A stretch of DNA of 32,000 nt from Acutalibacteraceae bacterium (GCA_045605425.1 JAZUQA010000021.1:1-32000); one strand, 5' to 3'. Counted from the stretch's first letter, positions 1 through 8,072 are shown. Made by a program: numbers and translations. Notes: a model not told the origin generated them from the letters alone.

Positions 1-1
1 T

Positions 2-178
2 GAGGTTGCGGAGCTTATCTGTCTTGGCTACACTAACAAGGATATTGCAAAAACCCTTGTCATTTCCGAGCATACCGTGAAGGATTATGTAAAAGATATT
101 TATTATACTCTGGCGGTTCACAGCCGTTTGGAGCTTGCCGCCCTTGTAAACAATTACCGCCTGGCAAACAAAAAATAA
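2..178 (+). CDS. LuxR/FixJ-type HTH DNA-binding domain, the C-terminal end of a regulator truncated by the window edge
   Basis: Reading from position 2 gives EVAELICLGYTNKDIAKTLVISEHTVKDYVKDIYYTLAVHSRLELAALVNNYRLANKK, ending at TAA 176-178. This is a typical LuxR_C helix-turn-helix pattern. Confidence 0.7.
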   Translation, partial: EVAELICLGYTNKDIAKTLVISEHTVKDYVKDIYYTLAVHSRLELAALVNNYRLANKK

Positions 179-415
179 CAAACTGAAGTCAGTGCAGATG
201 TTGAAGCTGAATCCGCTCTCTCTGTTCTTTCAAAGAGAGAGCTTGAGGTTGTTGAACTTATTGCCGGCGGCTACAGTAACGCAGACATTGCAAAAATACT
301 GTTTATTTCAGTTCATACCGTCAATGACCACACAAAAAATATCTACCGCAAACTGAACGTTCACAGCAGATATGAACTCACGGCACTTGTCAATAAAATA
401 ATAATCAAAAAATAA
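179..415 (+). pseudogene. Second LuxR-type HTH reading frame with no canonical start codon, in frame with the upstream LuxR ORF after a single TAA
   Basis: The same frame stays open from 179 to TAA 413-415. It translates as TTEVSADVEAESALSVLSKRELEVVELIAGGYSNADIAKILFISVHTVNDHTKNIYRKLNVHSRYELTALVNKIIIKK. I checked every codon in this frame and found no ATG, GTG or TTG. Confidence 0.5.
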
Positions 416-584
416 ACCAACAACAAAGCCGGTGAATTTTCTTGATTTGGATATCTGCTGACAAAAAAACCATAAAACCGCATGATGAGGGATACGGGTC
501 TCCGGTGGAAACCTCTGCAAAGCAGAAGCACCTACCGAGCCGGCAGGCAAGACCAAGTCCTTCTGCCCCTGTCAAAGAACAAAG

Positions 585-630
585 CGCTCACAAACGGCTC
601 TGTATAGCCAAGTGTGAGCGTTTTTCTTTT
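585..630 (+). terminator. Rho-independent terminator; the reverse strand also has a weaker T-rich tail
   Basis: Stem cgctcaca (585-592) pairs perfectly with tgtgagcg (613-620). The loop holds an inner ggct/agcc pairing, and tttttctttt follows at 621-630. Confidence 0.6.
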
Positions 631-782
631 GCGTTTCTTGTTGCTTTTCCCAATAGTTTTTTATCTGCTTTATGCCGCTTTTGCCTGCTTTATGCAAAAA
701 TGCAAGTCAAGATGCAAGTCAAAACAGGCGATAAATACCGTGTTGGTTTTTGCTGTTGGTATAGATTATTTTTTCGTGGTGA

Positions 783-965
783 TTACTTAATAAGCTGCCA
801 GCCGTCTGTTACGGTTTCGTTGTTTTCGTCAAGGTGGGAAATGAGCTGATAGCGGTTTCCGTTAAGGTCGGTTGCTGTGCCGTCCTCGTATGCAATAATA
901 AAAGTGTCGTTCTCAAGGACGGCAACGTACATATGGTTATTATCGTAAAACTTTTCTTTAAGCAT
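783..965 (-). CDS. Small hypothetical protein (60 aa)
   Basis: An internal ATG at 965 in the 783..1043 ORF is preceded by AAGGAAG 7 nt upstream. Product: MLKEKFYDNNHMYVAVLENDTFIIAYEDGTATDLNGNRYQLISHLDENNETVTDGWQLIK. I recognise no family. Confidence 0.5.
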   Translation of the reverse strand: MLKEKFYDNNHMYVAVLENDTFIIAYEDGTATDLNGNRYQLISHLDENNETVTDGWQLIK

Positions 966-1089
966 GGTATAACTTCCTTTCTCACAGGCAGCAAAAACCA
1001 ACACTTTTGCCGCCCGTGAAAAGGCAGTTTCACTTAATGTCAAAAAATATAAAAAAGTTACTCTGTCTGCATATTAACAGCACCAGGAT

Positions 1090-1123
1090 ATAAAAAACTG
1101 CGGCACATAGAAATGCACCGCAG
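1090..1123 (-). terminator. Rho-independent terminator downstream of the XRE-lipase gene
   Basis: On the minus strand, cugcggugca/ugugccgcag forms a 10-bp stem with two G-U pairs (plus 1098-1107 and 1114-1123). UUUUUU follows (plus A-run 1092-1097). It starts 21 nt past the stop codon at 1144. Confidence 0.65.
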
Positions 1124-1143
1124 TCGGGAATAAATTACAGGTT

Positions 1144-2781
1144 TCAGTTTCTGGGTAGAGCGTCAACTATTGCCATATGGTCGGTATAGAAGCTGTGGGT
1201 CTTCTGCACGTTGCCGTTCATACCGATTACTGTGCCGTGGTCGCCGTCAAGAGTCGGGAAAACATACCACTTGCCACGCTCAATTTCGGTATCGGCAGTG
1301 TAGCTGAACATTTCTTCATCACTCGGACACTGTGCGGAAACGACGTTTACAAGACCGTCGTTTGGAAGCCAGCTTTCGTCAATTTTAATTGCTGCAGAGT
1401 CGCTTGTATCCGTATATCTGCCAATAAGAGTTGCAACGGGCATAAGCACAAGCAGAGTGGATTTTCTCGGAAGCTGATGATTGGAAATTACGGATTTTTC
1501 CGTTGTACAGTAGGCGTAGGAGAAATAATAGACGCTGTCAACCGTTTTTATTGTTTTGTTAAGCTCAACAGCACCGTCGGGTGACAAATCGTAAAATGCG
1601 TTGTCCGTACCTGTGCTGAATTTCTGATTGATAAGCGAAAGCGTTTCGCTTGTACCGGATTGGATGCCGAAGTGGTCAAGATTGAAATCTATCAGTCCGC
1701 CTTCAATAACATCCGTCACACCGCCTGCGGCATAGAGCACGCCGAGTGCTGTCTGAATAAGATTGTACCTGTCCACAACGTAGTAAAGCGTTGAACCGTT
1801 ATGCGGTGAACAGAGGGTTGTAACGCTGTTGATATATTCGCCCTTACCGCCCGTGAAAAGCTCAGAAACCTCGTCACCGCTTGCTTGCTGCTCTTCGGGG
1901 CTGCCGTATTCAAGCAGACTTGTGAGAAGGCGTATTGTATTGCCGCCGAAGGAATGGCCGATAAGGTTTATTTTCTGAAGCTGACCGCCCTCGGTTTCTG
2001 TACCCCAGCCTTCGACGAGCTTTGCCGTATATGTTTTTCCGTAGCGGTCGTGGCCGTGGATTTTTGAATGTGCCTCGCCATAGTCAACCCTTGTACCCGT
2101 AAGCTGGGCATAAAGCTCACACGCTCTGTCCCACGCACTTGAAAACGGACCGACATTGGCTTCCGCCACCTTTATATCTACTGAACGCAGGTATGTTGAA
2201 AGGCTGCCCGTAACCGAGCCCCAGTAGGGTGAAAGGCTGTTTATGCCTGCACCTTCTCCCCAACCGCCCATGCCGTGAACAAGCACATAAGGGTAGGCAA
2301 CGGGAGGCTCGGTGAATTTTGCCCACAGTCTTTTATAGCCGCCGAGCGGAATGGGCAGAACTATTGCAAAAACAAGAATAACCGCAAGCACGCCTGCAAT
2401 CGCTTTAAGATAGGCAGGCTTTTCCTGCTTTTCGCCGTCCTCTTCCTGATGTAAAGTCTGGTTTACATCGGCCGAATCCGTTGAGTCTGCGTAGGTTTCG
2501 GCAGCTTCAGCCTCTTCATCGCAGGGAATTTCGCCGATAATTTCCTCTTCCAGAACATCGTTATATACTGCGCTTGCGTGGTCAGTCTTACCCTTGAGCA
2601 GGTAATCCGTGGTTACGCCGAAAAGCTCGCACATTGCAACCGCCTTGTCTATATCGGGCATAACGTTGCCTGTTTCCCACTTTGAAACTGATTGGCGTGA
2701 CACACCTAATTTTTCGGCAAGCTCCTCCTGGGAAAGACCGCTCTTTTTACGCAGGTCTAATATTCTTTCACCTAAATTCAT
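1144..2781 (-). CDS. Fusion protein: N-terminal XRE/Cro-C1 HTH, acidic linker, one transmembrane helix, extracytoplasmic triacylglycerol-lipase-like alpha/beta hydrolase domain
   Basis: I chose the ATG at 2781 (MNLGERIL), which has GAGG upstream, over the ORF-track start at 2865. HTH: LRKKSGLSQEELAEKLGVSRQSVSKWETG. TM helix: AIAGVLAVILVFAIVLPIPLGG. Lipase motifs: YPYVLVHGMGGWG (oxyanion region) and nucleophile elbow GHSFGG. It is a paralog of 6642..7904. Confidence 0.85.
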   Translation of the reverse strand: MNLGERILDLRKKSGLSQEELAEKLGVSRQSVSKWETGNVMPDIDKAVAMCELFGVTTDYLLKGKTDHASAVYNDVLEEEIIGEIPCDEEAEAAETYADSTDSADVNQTLHQEEDGEKQEKPAYLKAIAGVLAVILVFAIVLPIPLGGYKRLWAKFTEPPVAYPYVLVHGMGGWGEGAGINSLSPYWGSVTGSLSTYLRSVDIKVAEANVGPFSSAWDRACELYAQLTGTRVDYGEAHSKIHGHDRYGKTYTAKLVEGWGTETEGGQLQKINLIGHSFGGNTIRLLTSLLEYGSPEEQQASGDEVSELFTGGKGEYINSVTTLCSPHNGSTLYYVVDRYNLIQTALGVLYAAGGVTDVIEGGLIDFNLDHFGIQSGTSETLSLINQKFSTGTDNAFYDLSPDGAVELNKTIKTVDSVYYFSYAYCTTEKSVISNHQLPRKSTLLVLMPVATLIGRYTDTSDSAAIKIDESWLPNDGLVNVVSAQCPSDEEMFSYTADTEIERGKWYVFPTLDGDHGTVIGMNGNVQKTHSFYTDHMAIVDALPRN

Positions 2782-2891
2782 TGCTGCACCTCGTTGTTTG
2801 GCTTTGTGATTCAATTGTATAGCAAATACATATAAAAGTCCAGCAAGTCGGGTTGGAATTTGCATTTTTTCAAAAAAATATATAAAATTTT

Positions 2892-2911
2892 ATGTAAACT
2901 TCGGTTTACAT
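2892..2911. promoter_or_regulatory. Perfect 8-bp inverted repeat ATGTAAAC-N4-GTTTACAT in the divergent intergenic region; candidate operator
   Basis: atgtaaac (2892-2899) and gtttacat (2904-2911) are exact reverse complements. The repeat lies between the XRE-lipase gene (minus) and the GH13 gene (plus). Confidence 0.4.
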
Positions 2912-2935
2912 TTGTGATTTTTTTCGGTTTCGGTA

Positions 2936-2964
2936 TTGTTAAGTTTAAAATTCTTTGATATAAT
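2936..2964 (+). promoter_or_regulatory. Sigma-A-type promoter for the GH13 gene
   Basis: TTGTTA (2936-2941), 17-nt spacer, TATAAT (2959-2964), with an extended -10 TG at 2956-2957. AAGGAG at 2994-2999 precedes the ATG at 3009. Confidence 0.6.
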
Positions 2965-3008
2965 TTTGTTTAAAAATAAATATTCTTTATTTTAAGGAGT
3001 GTTGATTT

Positions 3009-4673
3009 ATGAAAAAAACTCAATGGTACAAGGACGCTGTGTGCTACCAGATATGGCCCCGCTCATTCTGCGACGGCAACGGCGACGGTATAGGCGACCT
3101 TGAGGGCGTACTCTCAAAGCTCGACTACCTTAAAGACCTTGGCATCACCTGCATCTGGTTCTCTCCTCTCTATTGCTCACCCAATGCTGACTACGGCTAC
3201 GACATTTCCGACTACAGAAACATCTCACCCGATTACGGCGACAACGAGCTTTTCAGGAAGGTGCTTGACGAGGCTCACAAGCGTGGTATGAAGGTTATTA
3301 TGGACCTTGTTGTAAACCATTCCTCCGACGAGCACGAGTGGTTCAAGCAGGGTATTGACAAGAACAGCAAGTACCACGATTACTATATCTGGCGTGACGG
3401 CAAAAACGGCAAGCGTCCCAACAACTGGTCCTCACTTTTCGAGGGCAAGGCATGGGAATACTGCCCCGAAAACGGCCAGTACTACCTGCATCTTTTCTCC
3501 AAGAAGCAGCCCGACCTTAATATGGATAACCCTGCCGTAAGACAGGAAGTTAAGGACATTATGAAATTCTGGCTTGATATGGGCGTTGACGGCTTCCGTG
3601 AGGACGTTATCACCTTTGTTTCCAAGCGTGAGGGTCTGCCCAACGGTGTCCCCATTCCTCAGGCCTGCGGTATGGAGCACTATGCTGACGGTCCGCATAT
3701 TCACGAATACCTTCAGGAATTCCGTCAGGTGCTCAATGAATACGACTGCTTCGTTGTCGGCGAGGCACCGATGATGACTCCCAACAAGGCGCTCAAATAC
3801 ATAAAAGAGGGCCCCGGTATGGAGCTTGATATGATGTTCCACTTCCAGCACATGGAAGCAGACTGCCTGTTCACGGAATTTATGGCTATGCCCTTCAGCC
3901 TCAGAAAGCTCAAGAAGGCTTTCTCAAGATGGCAGTACGGACTTAAGGACAAGGCATGGAACGCACTGTATATGGAAAACCACGACCACCCCAGAATTAT
4001 CTCACGTTACGGCAGCGAGAAATACAGAACAGAAAGCGGCAAATCCATTGCCAACTCTTATATGCTTCAGTGCGGTACTCCCTTCATTTATCAGGGTCAG
4101 GAAATCGGTATGGTAAACATTCACCTGCCCAAGGTTGAGGACTACATGGACGTTTTTGCAATCAACAACGGCAAAACCCTTAAAATGCTCGGTATGTCCG
4201 AGGAAAAGGCAAACGAAAGACTCAAAAAGGTCAGCCGTGGCAACGCACGTACACCCGTCCAGTGGGACAGCAGCGAAAACGCAGGCTTCACAACAGGCAC
4301 ACCGTGGATGCCCGTCAACCCCAACTACAAGGACGGCATCAACGCCAAAGACGAAATGGAAAACCCCGACTCAATCTTCAACCATTACAAGGCTCTCATC
4401 AAGTTCCGCAAGGAAAACCCGATTATTGCCAAAGGTGACTACAAGGAATACAACGAAATGAGCAAGGAGCTTTACGTATACTCCAGAAGCTACCAGGGCA
4501 AGAAGATGCTCGTAATCTGCTCCTACTCCGAGAAGTGTGTAAACTTTACCGCTCCCGCAGGCTTTGACCTGACAAAGGGCACACCCATTTTCTGCAACTA
4601 CAAGGATAACCCCGCATCCGCAAGCAGCTTCACGACACGCCCCTACGAAACCAGAGTTTATCTTTTTGACTGA
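3009..4673 (+). CDS. GH13 alpha-glucosidase (oligo-1,6-glucosidase / trehalose-6-P hydrolase-like subfamily)
   Basis: N-terminus WYKDAVCYQIWPRSFCDGNGDGIGDLEGVLSKLDYLKDLGITCIWFSPLY. Conserved GH13 regions DLVVNHSS, GVDGFREDVI, VGEAP and MENHDHPR. Confidence 0.92.
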   Translation: MKKTQWYKDAVCYQIWPRSFCDGNGDGIGDLEGVLSKLDYLKDLGITCIWFSPLYCSPNADYGYDISDYRNISPDYGDNELFRKVLDEAHKRGMKVIMDLVVNHSSDEHEWFKQGIDKNSKYHDYYIWRDGKNGKRPNNWSSLFEGKAWEYCPENGQYYLHLFSKKQPDLNMDNPAVRQEVKDIMKFWLDMGVDGFREDVITFVSKREGLPNGVPIPQACGMEHYADGPHIHEYLQEFRQVLNEYDCFVVGEAPMMTPNKALKYIKEGPGMELDMMFHFQHMEADCLFTEFMAMPFSLRKLKKAFSRWQYGLKDKAWNALYMENHDHPRIISRYGSEKYRTESGKSIANSYMLQCGTPFIYQGQEIGMVNIHLPKVEDYMDVFAINNGKTLKMLGMSEEKANERLKKVSRGNARTPVQWDSSENAGFTTGTPWMPVNPNYKDGINAKDEMENPDSIFNHYKALIKFRKENPIIAKGDYKEYNEMSKELYVYSRSYQGKKMLVICSYSEKCVNFTAPAGFDLTKGTPIFCNYKDNPASASSFTTRPYETRVYLFD

Positions 4674-4674
4674 T

Positions 4675-5334
4675 ATGCTGGGCTTACGGAAACGTGACGA
4701 TTACAAGACACAGATAGTTTTTATAAGGCACGGCGAGTCCTGCGGAAACGTAGGGCTCGCAACCCCTGAGGGCTTTCACCCCGATGACCCTCCGCTGACG
4801 AAAAACGGACTTGAGCAGGCAAAGAAGCTGTCCGCCTGTTTTGAAAAAGGAGAGCTTGCGCACATTTACGCAAGCCCGCTTACCAGAACGGTACAGACCG
4901 TTTACCCAACAGCGGAAAAACTAGGGATGAGAATTGAGCTTTTGCCCGACCTTATGGAAATAGGCACACGCATAGCAGGCTGTGAGCGTGAAATGCTGGA
5001 AAGGGATTTTCCGCTCAGCATTCCCTGCACAAGTGAGCCGACACCCACAGGCGGCACATTGCTTCTGCCCGAAAACGAAAGTGCCGAAATGCTTGCCGCA
5101 AGAGCCAAACGCTGTATTGACTATATCAGAAACAATTACAGTAACGGCGAAACGGTGATAGTGGTTTCCCACGGCACATATTTCGGCTACCTGATAAGGG
5201 AATGTCTTGAAATCGGCAGTAACGAAACCTTCAACTGGGAGGCTGACAACTGCTCAGCAACCTGCATTGTTCTGCGCAAGGACGGCAGAAAGCCGCTTTT
5301 GCGCACCGCAAACAACACAACTCATCTGCTTTAA
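4675..5334 (+). CDS. Histidine phosphatase family protein (phosphoglycerate-mutase-like)
   Basis: RHG motif in IVFIRHGESCGN, then later SHGT. I preferred the ATG at 4675, 2 nt after the GH13 stop, over the TTG at 4666. Confidence 0.8.
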   Translation: MLGLRKRDDYKTQIVFIRHGESCGNVGLATPEGFHPDDPPLTKNGLEQAKKLSACFEKGELAHIYASPLTRTVQTVYPTAEKLGMRIELLPDLMEIGTRIAGCEREMLERDFPLSIPCTSEPTPTGGTLLLPENESAEMLAARAKRCIDYIRNNYSNGETVIVVSHGTYFGYLIRECLEIGSNETFNWEADNCSATCIVLRKDGRKPLLRTANNTTHLL

Positions 5335-5360
5335 AAATTTATTTAGGGGAAATATGGGAT

Positions 5361-6584
5361 ATGAAAAAAAATAAAAAAGGCAAGGGCAAGGCGAAAAAGG
5401 TTCTTGCCTATATCGCCGCTGTTATTGTGATTCTGACGGTGGGCACCGTAATTGCAAACGTAATTTTATCAAACAAAAACATTGAGCTTGCAGGCACTTT
5501 TGAAACGGTAGAGGTTGAAAACCAACTTGTACCCGAAAAGGATGCAAACGGCTTTTATACCTTCACAACTGACGAAGAATTCAAGGTAATGCAGATTTCC
5601 GACGTTCACATAGGCGGTGGATGGATGTCCTACAAAAAGGACTCAATGGCACTCAACGCCGTTGCCGCAATGATAAAAGCGGAAAAGCCTGACCTTGTTA
5701 TTGCTACAGGAGATATTGCCTACCCGGTACCGTTCCAGGCAGGCACATTCAACAATATGACCGGTGCAAAGACCTTTGCAGCGCTTATGGAAAAGCTCGG
5801 CGTTTACTGGACTGTTTGCTTCGGCAACCACGACACGGAAAGCTACAGCTACTATAACCGTGAAAAGGTTTCCGCATTTTATGCAGACAGCGGTTTCAAG
5901 TACTGCCTTTATCAGCCGGGTCCCGAAAGCATTGACGGCTACGGCAACTACGTAATAAACGTCAGAAACACCAAGGGCGAGCTGACACAGGCGTTGTTCA
6001 TTATGGACAGCCACTCCTATCTCCCTTCTGACCCGTTCGGAATGTTCTGGAAGTACGACAACATTCACGAAAACCAGGTTACGTGGTACGAGGAAACGAT
6101 TGAAAACCTGACAGTGCAAAACAACGGCAAGCCCTTTACATCAAGCCTTTATATTCACATTCCGCTTACAGAACACAAGGATGCGTGGTTTGAATATTTC
6201 AACAACGGCAAGAATGATACGGAAAACGTAAAGTTCTTAGGCGGTGATGCAGGCGAGGACGAAGAAAATATGGTTTACTGCGGTGTCGGCGATGACAGAA
6301 TGTTTGAAGCTATGCTTGAAAAAGGCTCAACGAAGGCTGTTTTTGTCGGACACGACCACAAGAACAATTTTATGCTCGAATATAAAGGCGTAACAATGAG
6401 CTACAGTATGAGTATCGACTACCTCGCCTACCCCGGAATTTATAAAGAGGGTATACAGAGAGGCTGTACAATAATCAACTACGCCCCCAACGGTAATTTT
6501 GAAATAGTAAAAGAAAACTATTACCAGGATAAATACCCGTCCCAATACGAAAAAGAGCAGGTAACGATGACACCTGTTGAATAA
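5361..6584 (+). CDS. Membrane-anchored calcineurin-like metallophosphoesterase
   Basis: N-terminal TM helix VLAYIAAVIVILTVGTVIANVIL. Metallophosphoesterase motifs ISDVHIG, GDIAYP, GNHD and GHDHKN. Confidence 0.85.
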   Translation: MKKNKKGKGKAKKVLAYIAAVIVILTVGTVIANVILSNKNIELAGTFETVEVENQLVPEKDANGFYTFTTDEEFKVMQISDVHIGGGWMSYKKDSMALNAVAAMIKAEKPDLVIATGDIAYPVPFQAGTFNNMTGAKTFAALMEKLGVYWTVCFGNHDTESYSYYNREKVSAFYADSGFKYCLYQPGPESIDGYGNYVINVRNTKGELTQALFIMDSHSYLPSDPFGMFWKYDNIHENQVTWYEETIENLTVQNNGKPFTSSLYIHIPLTEHKDAWFEYFNNGKNDTENVKFLGGDAGEDEENMVYCGVGDDRMFEAMLEKGSTKAVFVGHDHKNNFMLEYKGVTMSYSMSIDYLAYPGIYKEGIQRGCTIINYAPNGNFEIVKENYYQDKYPSQYEKEQVTMTPVE

Positions 6585-6593
6585 ACAACAACT

Positions 6594-6634
6594 AAGGCAT
6601 ACACGACTACCAATCGTGTATGCCTTGAATTTTA
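6594..6634. terminator. Bidirectional intrinsic terminator between convergent genes
   Basis: A perfect 13-bp stem, aaggcatacacga (6594-6606) / tcgtgtatgcctt (6614-6626), with a 7-nt loop. It is followed by gaatttta and sits between the stops at 6584 (+) and 6642 (-). Confidence 0.65.
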
Positions 6635-6641
6635 GCAATAT

Positions 6642-7904
6642 TTACCTGCTGTTTGCGGTTTCTATCATTCCGAAGTAGAAGTCCTCAAAGGTTGTGGGGT
6701 AGTCCTTCGTACCGCAGAAATCGAAGTGGTCTGTGCCGTACATTGTGTCGAGGTAGTACCATCTGCCGGGTTCAATTTTTTCGTTTGCCGCTATTGCTTC
6801 CTCGTAATCACGGGCTGTTGCGGCATCGCAAAGCGGATAGAGTGCAGAGGCAAGTGGCACAATTCCGTCGTTTACTGCCCAGTCGCCCTCGATTTTTACG
6901 CCGTCAATTGTCATACCCGTTGTAAGGGCGAGCATTGCACCAGAGATATAGAAAATCGGGTTGAGTGAGCTTATGGGATACTGCAGACCAAAAAGGCCTT
7001 CCTTGGTTGCAGCGGTTGAATATGAATAGTAATACGTGTTGGGAGCGAGCTTGATTTTTTCATTGAGCTCTCTTGCGCCACGAAGTGTCATATCATAGCC
7101 GCAGTTGTCGTTATATTTGCAGAAGTTATATATACCCTTGAAATCCGGCAGAGCTCTGAATTCGTCCTGCGCAGGGGTAAGCCCGAACTGACTTAACTGG
7201 AAGGAGAAAACGAGGAAATTGTTACCAAATATACCGCCAAGAGCATTAAGTGCCGTTGCAAGCAGGAGCATAGTCACCTGAGGGTCAACAAGGTAATTTG
7301 CAACCTGTGAACCGTTGTGGGGACTTGAAAGAGTGATACAAGCGTGAACGCTGTCGTGACCACCCTTGAAAAGCTCGCTTGTTTCTTCACCCGTTGCGGC
7401 AAGCTCCTCCTCACAGCCGTAAGCCATAAGGGAGGTAAAAAGCCTTACCGTTTCGCCGCCGAAGGAATGACCGACAAGATTAATTTTATCCTTCATATTC
7501 CACGGCTCATCCATAACCGCCTTACCTTCATAGCTGAAGCCGTAACGGTCATGTCCGTGGGCTTTGGAATGAGCCTCACCGTAATCGACAACCGTACCCG
7601 TAAGCTGTGCATAAAGCTCACACGCTCTGTCCCAAGCACTGCTCAAAGGACCGACAGCAGGCGCATAAGCCTCAATTCCGTTTTCGTTGAGTATTTTTAT
7701 AAGGTCCGTATCATTCAGACCGAGACCGCCGCCCCAATAAGGCGAAAGCGAATAAAATTTGTTATCCGGTGCCCAACCGCCCATACCGTGAACAAATATG
7801 TACGGATAATCCGTTTTACCGTCATTTGCGGCATAAGAGCTTATTGCAACCGACGAGAAAAGCAAGGTAAACACAAGAAGCAAAGCGGTAATCTTTTTTA
7901 TCAT
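6642..7904 (-). CDS. Secreted triacylglycerol-lipase-like alpha/beta hydrolase
   Basis: Signal peptide MIKKITALLLVFTLLFSSVAISSYA. Motifs YPYIFVHGMGGWA and GHSFGG. It shares the block SSAWDRACELYAQLTGT.VDYGEAHSK.HGHDRYG with 1144..2781. GGAG lies 7 nt upstream of the ATG at 7904. Confidence 0.85.
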   Translation of the reverse strand: MIKKITALLLVFTLLFSSVAISSYAANDGKTDYPYIFVHGMGGWAPDNKFYSLSPYWGGGLGLNDTDLIKILNENGIEAYAPAVGPLSSAWDRACELYAQLTGTVVDYGEAHSKAHGHDRYGFSYEGKAVMDEPWNMKDKINLVGHSFGGETVRLFTSLMAYGCEEELAATGEETSELFKGGHDSVHACITLSSPHNGSQVANYLVDPQVTMLLLATALNALGGIFGNNFLVFSFQLSQFGLTPAQDEFRALPDFKGIYNFCKYNDNCGYDMTLRGARELNEKIKLAPNTYYYSYSTAATKEGLFGLQYPISSLNPIFYISGAMLALTTGMTIDGVKIEGDWAVNDGIVPLASALYPLCDAATARDYEEAIAANEKIEPGRWYYLDTMYGTDHFDFCGTKDYPTTFEDFYFGMIETANSR

Positions 7905-8011
7905 TTTGTTTCTCCTTATAAATTACTTTTCTCTATTATAATAAGTTTGTAATATTTGTGCAATAGCGTGTTACCTTAAGTTGACAAATTATTGTTGCGC
8001 TAAACTGTAAT

Positions 8012-8040
8012 TTGACACACACTTACTTATAGTATATAAT
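8012..8040 (+). promoter_or_regulatory. Consensus sigma-A promoter for the ThDP-enzyme gene
   Basis: TTGACA (8012-8017), exactly 17 nt, TATAAT (8035-8040). Confidence 0.65.
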
Positions 8041-8072
8041 ACATTATAAACTTAACTTCTTCGGTGATGAAA

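Noticed and set aside
470-583. Resemblance to c-di-GMP-I (GCAAAGC-type) or ZTP (GGTGGA...CCGnC.GGCA) riboswitch fragments
   Set aside because: Only short motif fragments match, the expected helices could not be assembled by eye, and there is no downstream regulated gene. This needs an Infernal scan, so I make no claim.
442-849. 135-aa plus-strand ORF, and the overlapping 82-aa minus ORF at 308..556
   Set aside because: The plus ORF runs straight through a strong intrinsic terminator (585-630) and the tandem repeats. It has no SD and an implausible Cys/Phe/Arg-rich composition. The minus ORF is antisense to the second LuxR HTH frame.
2892-2911. Possible CcpA cre site or LacI-family operator upstream of the GH13 gene
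   Set aside because: The half-sites TGTAAAC/GTTTACA resemble LacI-type half-sites, but they are separated by 4 extra nt (18-nt core) instead of the 14-nt cre layout with a central CG. I kept it only as a generic palindromic operator candidate.
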